Positions 31,201 through 38,975 of a stretch of DNA of 64,000 nt are shown here, one piece after another. The position numbers were made by a program, and so were the translations under genes. The stretch is from a virus. The stretch's first letter is position 1; each line of letters opens with the position of its first letter. The notes under the pieces were generated by a model that saw only the letters and a program-made list of their open reading frames with translations, searched no databases and was not told the origin of the DNA. The DNA lies in IMG/VR virus record IMGVR_UViG_3300027280_000002, positions 47,330 through 111,329 of that record; one strand, written 5' to 3'.

Positions 31201-31924
31201 AACTGCTGGAGTGGTAGTTAAAGATGACAGTGCAATTATTGCAATAGATACAGCTCAAGGATTTATAGTAGAAATAGATACAACAAGTGGAATTCCATCA
31301 CAGAAAATTCTAGTGGGAGGTGGTTATACATACACTACAAATCTATTATATACTACTAAAGGTAAACTAATAACAATAGGAGAAGATGGTGGAGGAGTGT
31401 TCCATTACTTCCAATGGGATTATGATAACGAAACAGTAACCCCAGAAATTGATATAACAATCACTGCACCTGAATTTGGTAGTGAGGTTGTAGCAATATA
31501 TGAATGTGATTGTGACATTACGATAATTACAAAAGAAGCTAATCAATATAATGTATTTAGCGTATCACCAATATCTCCTTATGGTGTTATATTTTCAGGA
31601 AATATAACAGATGATAATCGAAGCATTTGGAACTCTTTTGATGCTACTAACGTAACTCAAATGCAATCATGCGTTAATCCAATTGGAGGACAAGAGTTTA
31701 CAACAACTACAAGTACCACAGAAAGCCCAAGTACTACTACTACTACATCAATATACCCTTGTTATAAATGGGAGATAACAGGCCCTGTAGGAATTATTAT
31801 TACTGACTGTAATGGGCTACCTGAAGTACTAAGTGTTCCTAGTGGAGTGACACAACAATTTTGTACAAACGTTAATACTGGAGGACCTGCTGGAGCAACC
31901 TTTATAGGAAACTGTGATATATAA
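25232..31924 (+). CDS. Muzzle/tail stabilisation protein with large insertions and a Thr-linked C-terminal extension
   Basis: 2230 aa; GLNMD, NEPGN, IYWTDGFN, GYMRDEVYAFEIV, IRHHKFPD, FGGDVYISRF and SWTMSF...WISFHSYLP motifs typical of the crAss muzzle. Confidence 0.8.
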   Translation: MATKKEIEDDKKKKAASKAKTDKAQQGQVRLEFNQAMSGLNMDSTINQVATGSLTYALNATVENFDSSSVNYQNEPGNEPCFSFPDGYELIGKHTIPEKDKDIFFLTNPTTGGSEIGFMFNNDCQYKTLINAPCLNFNVDHPIPKVVHRITNCTTEIYWTDGFNARRYLDIENIPYILAPGTTPTCDPVETDQLDCNQLKIQPDFPIPFLNVDEVTNVGSLVAGTYQFAIQYSDAVGNDLTSYYSITNPCPIADALITTVNFNYPVGKSIVVKISNLDISGQFNYFNLAVIKTINNISSVELVGTYNITDVSEEITYTGADQTAKRLSMSDIFEKYPYYDIAQDITSVQDILVWDNLTSIDRINYQQIASNITLKWESYRIPPGENYSDENNATNLRGYMRDEVYAFEIVFLLKNGKQTDSFHIPGPPNLNINPDVPDTNDDFIGDPDYVENGIGYSSYWKIYNNAINLGASPTATSADDYKGPWEYGEFAYWESTEKYPCNTDVWGDLADQPIRHHKFPDVLVSPIIENSTITYDGNNIVPTMQDDAVFPIGVKINNSQISGLILTSDLTQDQKDDIVGFKIVRGDRSTNRSVIAKGILRNMGKYSRNDQEYYYPNYPYNQVSGEDSFLQENNNAWNYKSKAWLVYMPDQETTSLFDWGSLNFGSVDIDVNVEEGVFTYTSIVNGRNTQAKILPNCIIEVCSLTRPVALRGLMTVGPADFDAWRGFHGQKVFAAGYAIKSENPFNNFNFDGTVASRRWLDYQGSLTSGGGDTCTVLTNVDYDYDYDNLYGQVTESGDGHIWKPQVSGANSGLSIPRINLNGIIPGPCFESDDISTEEIEDDALITYPPGTFDPANECPEGQSAACQECIKTENPDNITPWPQAAFGQPTNPLPQLSNGVPSQSFPLPTNQTNTFTPAVDVNQMDGSINGTTSRWSRRSCLACDRDIPIKPLEGAEYDSVKDILEKQIFNSPDTSFGQPFLGSVLKLESVMFGAGKGHFVEVKDNAKYKLLSKEAQEDALRSSERIASIGSGGFNAGIMFTVYQSYLTIYINGITRKNYGMSFNSRANYDYSYPIDNNVKGGIKQREIELTRYLIPGVQSFNNNDLPINNWNRESSVYIKTKINDDILAFPLPQDTPSLTSPDGTSSMVEFSRFNISEIGACDAPEKEKDMKVVSYYASMKNILPNQWGQINSFKRIDTGYQKGIASSGEDIIFGGDVYISRFTFKTKLPFFIDNRVNAPDDSDIFFDEIGNIAYPKYWHSARSILNAYRVEANDSNMLNLISTKAHNLDCPSDPSLITAPSTTAQPVSTFAGTYRSFYDGFMYLFAYGVPNFYCESVYNTDLRQAFNTKEGDFWPHVSSSIPDDWVQETNVPIAQDNTYYYNVTFSKQNKENVFTQLPPDWENDLCFTYFPFRAIYSDTQGDSPDNRVNNWLVYRAISYHDFPQNYGNLTSLDGVQDKAILARFENKALLYNNLLTIDTSNPQAAYVGNSRLFDGSPPLDFAETDLGYVGSQHKFLLKVPYGQITADAKRGQIFLLNGNKPVDMTAYGSGVNRFMTSSLPFEILEYFPEVNVDNNFTGFGLHGVYDSKFDRVIITKIDYIPTDSSVFYDKDDKNFYIPIEGYTDTSGNQTIKQEVFLNDRKYFCNKSWTMSFDFNTKSWISFHSYLPNFYIGENNFYYSGINGCCTNFTAILDNPSRSKIDTESPNLEMIVGELDGVVKITTTTTTTGLPLFTTTTTTAYVPDCEFDINVVSKLDCQMEGVGYITVPTPTTTTICARPDSLVISNFTEGYQITGQASPVLGTLSAQKACAVGSFVRVANPLETVDINFQYQYEFPKPVTVGQILYFGGGSDCTFVPDGWYTSSEDGWNKAYYVENSRLEEIIPCDCNTLTTTTTLYDGELTECCGIIYNDVNGNVKLSNIASSHSVDSDNFHTIVIPGYTTGKLAVGPTALYGVSPGISTSFKKWTITTSPWTVVADSDLVIADNAFGTTAGVVVKDDSAIIAIDTAQGFIVEIDTTSGIPSQKILVGGGYTYTTNLLYTTKGKLITIGEDGGGVFHYFQWDYDNETVTPEIDITITAPEFGSEVVAIYECDCDITIITKEANQYNVFSVSPISPYGVIFSGNITDDNRSIWNSFDATNVTQMQSCVNPIGGQEFTTTTSTTESPSTTTTTSIYPCYKWEITGPVGIIITDCNGLPEVLSVPSGVTQQFCTNVNTGGPAGATFIGNCDI

Positions 31925-31926
31925 CT

Positions 31927-32799
31927 ATGGCAACTAAAATAATAAACTTAAAAATAACAAGCTCTAGTCCTCAAGTAGGACCTTTTGAGATTACGGATGA
32001 CTTATCAAATGTCCTAGGAACCGATGTGTCTTTAAGTAGCCTTATTGTGGGCATAAGCTATAGGGTAGATGTTTCAGTTTCAGTGATTACTTTAACCTCT
32101 TCAGGTGATTGTAATTTTGTAAAAGAATTTTCAGTTAGAGATTCAGTACCTAGTATAGAATATATAACAGCTACATATACTCAAATTAAAACAGGATGTG
32201 TATGGACACACTTAAGAAACGATACTTTATATAATTATTACTATGGAGATATAGCTCCTTACATAATCGAGTATCCTTTTTCATATAAGTATCATGATCA
32301 AATATTACAGAATATAAAAGACTATAGTAAAGTGTATGTATATCTTCCATCTACATTAGGGTCATTTGATTCTAATAGCAAGGTGCAAGTAGATGATAAA
32401 TATTTTAATAAAGCTATTCTATATAACGATCAACAATCTACAGGAGTAATAGAACTTGTTCCTAAACCAATGAATGATTTAAGTTCATATTTAAATTATC
32501 CTATACTTAATTCTAATAGTAAAACTATTACTTTTGCAAAGACAGATAGTTTCTATCAATATAACACTTTCTGGGCACTACAAAAAAATGATAAGATTCC
32601 TTTATTTAAAACATCTTGTGAATCTGGCTCAATAGATAAAGTAGTTAATCAAGATAATATGAACTATGGTGACTTATCATTTAAGAAGTCACAACTAAGA
32701 GCTAAAGATTTAAAGGTGAGACACATACTAGACAACTCTTCTATAACACATATAGTAAGTCAATTTATTGTAGCACCAGCACAAATATCATATAAGTAA
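31927..32799 (+). CDS. GPF module fused to a probable split-off muzzle C-terminal domain
   Basis: 290 aa; VGPFEITD...TSSGDC, then VWTHL..LYNYYYG..PYIIEY and FNKAILYNDQQSTG, recalled as the distal muzzle segment. Confidence 0.55.
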   Translation: MATKIINLKITSSSPQVGPFEITDDLSNVLGTDVSLSSLIVGISYRVDVSVSVITLTSSGDCNFVKEFSVRDSVPSIEYITATYTQIKTGCVWTHLRNDTLYNYYYGDIAPYIIEYPFSYKYHDQILQNIKDYSKVYVYLPSTLGSFDSNSKVQVDDKYFNKAILYNDQQSTGVIELVPKPMNDLSSYLNYPILNSNSKTITFAKTDSFYQYNTFWALQKNDKIPLFKTSCESGSIDKVVNQDNMNYGDLSFKKSQLRAKDLKVRHILDNSSITHIVSQFIVAPAQISYK

Positions 32800-35318
32800 T
32801 GGCAAAAGGTTTATCAGCAGCAAAAGCTAAAAAGATACTACAAGATGGTTACGTAAAAGGTAAGCCTCTCACAGCAAAGCAAAAGAAATACTTTGGAGCT
32901 ATTGCTAGTGGTGGTACGCCCTTGAAAGCAATGAATGGTAATTGGCTAGATAAGTTTGCTATGGGAGGAAGTCTTCCAGGTGCATCAGGTATGATGTATT
33001 CACGTAACTCTGGTTCTTCTACAATGTCTCCTCCTAACCTTACTAAAGCTCAAGATGGAACAGTAGAATATGGTACACCTGAATATAAAAAAGCATATGA
33101 GGAAGGTAGATTTGCTGATGTACCTAATCAACTAGATGAAGTAGTTATAGATAGTGGTGTAGATTATGAGAAATATCCTCTGTATGATAAACTCTCTGTA
33201 CAAGAGAAAGAGTATTTTAATGACCCAGGAACAATTGGTAGAGGTGTAAGAAGAGCTGCTCAAACAGATAGAGGGTTATCTGAGGATACAAGAGATATGG
33301 TGACAGGAATGTTGGTGAAACAACCTTTAGCTGCATTACAAGTTCCTCAATCTTTAATGGTGGAAGGTATAGAAACTTTAAGGGGTAAAGATGCTAACTT
33401 TTTAAATGCACTTACATTTGACACACAAAGGTTACCGTCTCAAACAATGGGTTTTGAAACTACAAGTGATATGTCTTGGTATAACCCTAAAGTTATATCA
33501 AACTTTGCAATGGATGTTGTATCCGACCCATTGAATCTTGTTGGTGCAGGTATAGTAGATGATGCTTTAAAACTTGGTTTAAGACAAGGATTAACAAATA
33601 CAGTAGCAAGAAGTCTGGACAGACCAATTATAAATACGCTAGGAAATAAGTATTTACCTAATGCAAATAAAATAAATCCTTGGGCATATCAATACAATCT
33701 TCCAAAAAATACCATGTGGAGAGGGTTGGGTCAAGAAGGTATGGAAGATGCTGTTAGTTCTGGTTTATTTAGATCAAAACAAAATGTTCCTGATCAGTTT
33801 TTTCCTGGATCAAGTTTAAAACTAAGTAAAAGTTTTGGAACTAATCCATACTTTACACCGAAGTTTAAAACTGCTGCAACTTATGGAGATAATTATTTAG
33901 CTGAAGTTCCAAGAGATGTTGCTAATTGGACACAAAGATACAAACGTAGTAACTGGAGTCAGTTTGCAGATAGACCGATACCAACTTTAGAAGGTAGAAT
34001 ACTACAAAAAGATTGGTTAAGAGGATATAAACCAATTGAAATTCCTCAAGCTCCTTCTAGTTTTGTTGAAGCTGCAGCAAACCCTAGTGTTAGACAAAGT
34101 CTTAAAGATTTAAATGATAAATTAGGAATAAGTAATACAACTTCAGCACAAATTAGATCTAGTGAGAAGTTCAACAAAAATTGGTTTAACAACCCTGAGA
34201 CTATTAGAAGAACAGAAGAGATGATAAATCAACCCTCCTCTTTAAGATCTAATATGAGTGAGATTGAGATTCTGCAAGACCTTAATCTTTATGAGACAAT
34301 GCTTGATAAATCTCGTAATCTAACTCCAGCTCAAAAAGCTGGTATAGAAAGACAAAAGAAAGATTTATATGCTGGATTAGCAAAAAGAAATCTTCAAACA
34401 GTACAACAGAAAGGAAGATTTACGGAAGTGTTTGATCCAGATAACATAAGACATCAAGATGTAGGTTTAACTTATGAAAAGAATCCCAACTATTTAGGAC
34501 TTTACACAGGTAGAACAAACCAAGGAACAGTTAATGTACCACGTACAAAAAAAGCAGGCAAGGATACTGGTTCAACCTTTACACATGAAGACTTGCATGC
34601 AGTTACAGCAGGAAGAAAAGGATATACAGATGAAGCTACAGACATATTAAAAGATGCAGTGGGTAAAGATCAAGACTGGTGGCTTAATAAAATAAACACA
34701 ACAAAAGATCAAAAAACAAGAGAAAAGTTAATTGATAGATTGGAATACCTATCAAGACCTCAAGAGATGCATGCTAGAGTACATGAGCTTAGAAAAGCTT
34801 TTAATTTAAAACCTGGTCAAGAGGTTAGTGCTGCAAAGATTGACCAGATAATGATGAAAGGGTTAAAAGGAGACACCCCTGTTGATGAAGACTTTTTTAG
34901 ACTATTAGGTGACAAAGAGAAGTTTAGAAAGATATTTAACAAGCTTCCAGCATATGTACCAGTAGCTGTAGGACTTGGTGCTGCTTCACAAAACAAAAAT
35001 GGTGGATGGTTATCTAAGTATGAGAACGGTGGTGTGATAGAAGATAACAGAGGGCAATGGGCACACCCAGGAAAAATAACTAAAATAAACTCCAACAAAA
35101 TAACAATGAAGGGTGTTAACTACCCTGTACTTGGAGTATCTGATAAAGGAGATACTCAAATGATGTATCCTAATGGAGAATATCAATATGATGGAAACAG
35201 CGTTACAGAGTATCCTATGGCTAAAGATGGAAAGTCTTTGGTAGAACTAGATCAATTGACTAACTTTACAAACTACAACACCTCACAACCAGGAGGCTGG
35301 TTAAACAAATATAATTAA
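32799..35318 (+). CDS. Polyvalent cargo protein: ART-like domain plus zincin metallopeptidase
   Basis: 839 aa, no Cys; MWRGLG...YFTPKFKTAATY..YLAEV (~33711-34040); HEDLH (34584-34598) with distal YLSRPQEMHAR; three WLxK(Y/F) repeats. Confidence 0.6.
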   Translation: MAKGLSAAKAKKILQDGYVKGKPLTAKQKKYFGAIASGGTPLKAMNGNWLDKFAMGGSLPGASGMMYSRNSGSSTMSPPNLTKAQDGTVEYGTPEYKKAYEEGRFADVPNQLDEVVIDSGVDYEKYPLYDKLSVQEKEYFNDPGTIGRGVRRAAQTDRGLSEDTRDMVTGMLVKQPLAALQVPQSLMVEGIETLRGKDANFLNALTFDTQRLPSQTMGFETTSDMSWYNPKVISNFAMDVVSDPLNLVGAGIVDDALKLGLRQGLTNTVARSLDRPIINTLGNKYLPNANKINPWAYQYNLPKNTMWRGLGQEGMEDAVSSGLFRSKQNVPDQFFPGSSLKLSKSFGTNPYFTPKFKTAATYGDNYLAEVPRDVANWTQRYKRSNWSQFADRPIPTLEGRILQKDWLRGYKPIEIPQAPSSFVEAAANPSVRQSLKDLNDKLGISNTTSAQIRSSEKFNKNWFNNPETIRRTEEMINQPSSLRSNMSEIEILQDLNLYETMLDKSRNLTPAQKAGIERQKKDLYAGLAKRNLQTVQQKGRFTEVFDPDNIRHQDVGLTYEKNPNYLGLYTGRTNQGTVNVPRTKKAGKDTGSTFTHEDLHAVTAGRKGYTDEATDILKDAVGKDQDWWLNKINTTKDQKTREKLIDRLEYLSRPQEMHARVHELRKAFNLKPGQEVSAAKIDQIMMKGLKGDTPVDEDFFRLLGDKEKFRKIFNKLPAYVPVAVGLGAASQNKNGGWLSKYENGGVIEDNRGQWAHPGKITKINSNKITMKGVNYPVLGVSDKGDTQMMYPNGEYQYDGNSVTEYPMAKDGKSLVELDQLTNFTNYNTSQPGGWLNKYN

Positions 35319-35319
35319 T

Positions 35320-38300
35320 ATGAAAGCTCAAATTTTAAAAATAGCAGGCGTTAAGTCTGAAAAAGAATTCTATAAGAAGTTTCCTACGGAGGAGGCTTTC
35401 ATGAAGAAATATGCAAAACAATTATCTAAACTTAAGAAAGCTGCAACAGGTGATGTTCTAAATAACAACATTCAGCCAATGAATGGTACTGATCTTTTAG
35501 AAAGAAATAAGAAAAATGTTTTGTCTGGTTTGGGAGAATTTAAAGATAGAGCATTTGAACTTGGAGTAGATTCTATGCTTACTCAAGATGAGTTAGAAGA
35601 ATATGAGTACAAAGCAAAGATAGATGCATTATATAGTCAACAACAAGAAAAGAAAGGCGGTGGATTAATGTCTATGCTTACACCAGAAAATATGGAAAAA
35701 GCTAAAGGGCTTTTGGGTGGTTTATCTAAAGGAGGTGGTAATGGTGGTGGAACTGTTGAGGTTGGAGAATTAGAGATGTTGAAAAAAGGTGGTAAAGTAA
35801 AGGGGTCAGAAAAAGATATGTTTGAGCCACATATGATGTATGATCCAAAAACTAAAAAAGGTAAGAAAGCTATGACTTACAAAGAGCACTTAGCTCTTAA
35901 GAAAAAAGGATGGGGACATGAAGCACCTAAAGCTATGGGAGGTTTTAGTGGTGGAGGCGGTTCAACTGCTACACCTTCTTGGGGACAAGATATAGATATA
36001 CCAGAAGGGGCTACTAGACAAGGTAGGTATAACTCTGATGGTTCAGCTGCACCTTCAGTTGGAAGTCAGGTTCTTACACAAATTGAGGGTACTCCTATAA
36101 TTGGTGACATTGCTATGGGTATAGGTAAGATACAGGGACAGAAAGATGCTTTAAAAGATCTTAAACAAATGAAGGAAGTCACTGGTATACAGTACCAAGC
36201 TGCCATGACTAAGCCAGAAGAAGTAGAAAGAGAGTACGTCCGTCCTGAAGATGTTCAGAATACAGGAGAAGAATTCTTTCCAATATATGGAGTAGGTACA
36301 AATGTACTTGCAAAAAATGGTGCAACCTTATTTAATAATCCAGACTATACTCCTTTAATTAATGTAAATAAAGCAAAGTCATTTATGAATGGCGGCTATT
36401 TACCTAAGGCTATGGGAGGCTTTAGTGGTGGTTCTGGAGGTTCTGGTGGCGGAGGAATGACTTCTGGTGGATATGATCAAATTGGTAATATAGCTGGAAA
36501 CATGGCCTACGGAGACAAAGCTGAAAGAGATGCAGGAAGTAACATAGGTGGAGGAGTTGGAAGAGGTATAGGTATGTTGGTTGGAGGACCAGCAGGAGGA
36601 GCTATTGGTGAATTTATTGGTAGTGGTATTGGAGATCTAGTTGATAGAAATGATAGAAGACAACAACTGGAAAGGGATCAAATAGATCGAAATATATCAA
36701 TGATGACTAACATGAAAATAGGACCTCAAATCCATTCAGGGTATGCATCACACATGAAAGAAGGTGGAAGAGTGCCTGGACCTCAAGTAGTAAAATATAT
36801 GGGAGGTAACTCTGTAAGTAAATTATTTAAACCGGATCCTAAAATGAACACTCTTAAAGAAGGTGGTTCTGTAGCTGCTAATGGAGATATTAAAACTCTA
36901 TGGGGAGGTGAGGCTAATGCAGTTTCATATAATCCGTATGCTGGAGGTCAGAGTATATCATTTACTGGTAACTCTCACGATACTAAAGATGCTAAAACTG
37001 GTAAAACAGGAATAGGTGTTGCTTACGGACCACAATCTGTTGCTAATAATGAAGCAGTAGTAGAGGTAGAAAATGAACCAGCTCAAATTATGAAGGATGG
37101 TGGAAACCAAGAAAGCTTAGTAGTCTTCGGAGATTTAAAAATACCAAAAGGGTATGCACAAGAAATAGGTGATAAAAATGCTGGAGGTCAAAAGTTTAAA
37201 AAATATGTTGATAATCTTAATTCTGAAGAATCAAAAATAAATAAACAAATGGGGACTGCTGTAGACGCTGCTGCTGACATTGATAATACTAAGTGGGGAG
37301 AATTATTAAGATCCACATCTGATGTTATTGTAAATGGAGGTGACATGAAGCTAAAAGATATCGCAAATAAAAAAAGAGTATTAGCTGATATTCAAAGTGC
37401 ATTAAATGATACCTTTGAAGAAAATAATATAGACGGTAATCAGTTTATAAGCAAAGGAGTACTTAAAGATGTTAAAGACACAGAGAACTATGCTAAGAAT
37501 GGTAAGAAAGAAACCTACACTGAATATGCAGAAGATGGTAGAAAGATACCTAAAGCTCAAAAAGGTCTTACTTTAAATGAGTTACCTTTTAAATCAGCTG
37601 AAGAAGCAATCGCTGCTGGTTATACTTTAGACGAAGATAAAAACTCAGAAAACTTTGGTAAATATTATATAGAGGAGGAGTCATCAGATACGGAGACAAA
37701 CACTGAAGTTGATTTTATAAAAGATATTCCTGAAGATCAAAAGTTTGGAGGTTCCGATATAGGAAAAATGGTTAATAAAAAAATAACTGCTGAACAATAT
37801 AATGATTGGAAAAAAGATAACAAATGGTTTTTTGATAAGAACCCTGATTGGAAAGCTGACACAAAAGAAGATGTAATGTTATTCCAAAGAGAATTTAATA
37901 AGATAAATCCTAATAGTATAAAGGTTGATGGATTATTTGGTGATCAAACAATATCAGCTAGATTTAAAAGTGAAGATAGTGAGACACCTAAAACAGAAAG
38001 AAGGTACAGAGATGTTGCTGTGGCGGAAGAAGAAGAAGAAGTTGTAACAACAGAAGAAACTACTACTGTTAAATCTAAAATACCGTTTGATGTAAATATG
38101 CTTAGACCTTTGTTTTCTGAAGAATTAGAAAATAATCTAGACTACAATCAGATTATACCTGAGTTAAATGCAGCTGCAAACAATCAACTTGAACCTGTAT
38201 ATGCACAGACATTTGATCCTAGGCTAAGAGTACCTTATGACATAAGCTTACAAGATCAAATGAATGAAGTTACTGCAGCTTATAGAGCAGCAAGTCAAAA

Positions 38301-38895
38301 TCCTGCAGCAATGAATAATCCAGCACTGCAAGCTTCTATGGCTGCACCTATGTATTCTGCAATTAATCAAACTAAAGGAGAAGAGTTTAGACAGAACCAA
38401 GCTATGAAAGATACTGTATACAGTGGAAACATTGAAGCGATCAATCAGGCCAAAAAAATGAATCTGGGCATTTATGACCAACAGCAACAAAGACAAGCTC
38501 AAGCCCTATCTAATACTAAAGCAACACAGCAAGAAATTGTTAAATCTATATCTGATAAGTATCAAGCAAACAAACAACTTAATCAGAGACAAAAGGTTCT
38601 AAGTGAATTATACAACCAATTTGGATATACTAAAAACTTAGACATTGTAAACGATGGACCTCCTGCTGTATTTAATATACCAGGCATGGGACCTACAGGA
38701 CAAGTTGGTACTGGTAATAAATATATGGATATGTTTAATATATTAACTGGTGGAGGATTTAATCCTAATGCTAATCAACAAACCACCACTGACACTACTA
38801 CCGTAGCTGAATACGGTGCTAAATTAAAACCAATAAAAACAGTAAAAAGAAATCAGAAAAATAGCAATGTTGTACGAGCGTACAAAAAACTATAA
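35320..38895 (+). CDS. Ejected cargo protein with glycine zipper and peptidoglycan-binding-like motif
   Basis: 1191 aa, no Cys; GGGVGRGIGMLVGGPAGGAIGEFIGSGIG; VEVENEP..LVVFG; DVMLFQREFN...VDGLFGDQT; Q/N-rich helical C-terminus. Confidence 0.65.
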   Translation: MKAQILKIAGVKSEKEFYKKFPTEEAFMKKYAKQLSKLKKAATGDVLNNNIQPMNGTDLLERNKKNVLSGLGEFKDRAFELGVDSMLTQDELEEYEYKAKIDALYSQQQEKKGGGLMSMLTPENMEKAKGLLGGLSKGGGNGGGTVEVGELEMLKKGGKVKGSEKDMFEPHMMYDPKTKKGKKAMTYKEHLALKKKGWGHEAPKAMGGFSGGGGSTATPSWGQDIDIPEGATRQGRYNSDGSAAPSVGSQVLTQIEGTPIIGDIAMGIGKIQGQKDALKDLKQMKEVTGIQYQAAMTKPEEVEREYVRPEDVQNTGEEFFPIYGVGTNVLAKNGATLFNNPDYTPLINVNKAKSFMNGGYLPKAMGGFSGGSGGSGGGGMTSGGYDQIGNIAGNMAYGDKAERDAGSNIGGGVGRGIGMLVGGPAGGAIGEFIGSGIGDLVDRNDRRQQLERDQIDRNISMMTNMKIGPQIHSGYASHMKEGGRVPGPQVVKYMGGNSVSKLFKPDPKMNTLKEGGSVAANGDIKTLWGGEANAVSYNPYAGGQSISFTGNSHDTKDAKTGKTGIGVAYGPQSVANNEAVVEVENEPAQIMKDGGNQESLVVFGDLKIPKGYAQEIGDKNAGGQKFKKYVDNLNSEESKINKQMGTAVDAAADIDNTKWGELLRSTSDVIVNGGDMKLKDIANKKRVLADIQSALNDTFEENNIDGNQFISKGVLKDVKDTENYAKNGKKETYTEYAEDGRKIPKAQKGLTLNELPFKSAEEAIAAGYTLDEDKNSENFGKYYIEEESSDTETNTEVDFIKDIPEDQKFGGSDIGKMVNKKITAEQYNDWKKDNKWFFDKNPDWKADTKEDVMLFQREFNKINPNSIKVDGLFGDQTISARFKSEDSETPKTERRYRDVAVAEEEEEVVTTEETTTVKSKIPFDVNMLRPLFSEELENNLDYNQIIPELNAAANNQLEPVYAQTFDPRLRVPYDISLQDQMNEVTAAYRAASQNPAAMNNPALQASMAAPMYSAINQTKGEEFRQNQAMKDTVYSGNIEAINQAKKMNLGIYDQQQQRQAQALSNTKATQQEIVKSISDKYQANKQLNQRQKVLSELYNQFGYTKNLDIVNDGPPAVFNIPGMGPTGQVGTGNKYMDMFNILTGGGFNPNANQQTTTDTTTVAEYGAKLKPIKTVKRNQKNSNVVRAYKKL

Positions 38896-38968
38896 CGAAC
38901 CTGGTGATAAAGAATTACTAGAATAGGTTATCCTATTTTGGAAAGTTCTATAAATAATAATACATTTG
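38891..38968 (+). promoter_or_regulatory. Operator plus consensus Bacteroidota promoter
   Basis: TATAAC-N7-GTGATA from 38891; TTTG 38937-38940, 20 nt spacer, TACATTTG 38961-38968 (exact TAnnTTTG); ATG at 38976. Confidence 0.7.
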
Positions 38969-38975
38969 TTAAATT

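Noticed and set aside
10330-31750. Host O-glycosylation or ice-binding role for poly-Thr tracts
   Set aside because: Tracts lack the Bacteroidota D-(S/T)-hydrophobic sequon, the proteins have no signal peptides, and there is no regular TxT periodicity.
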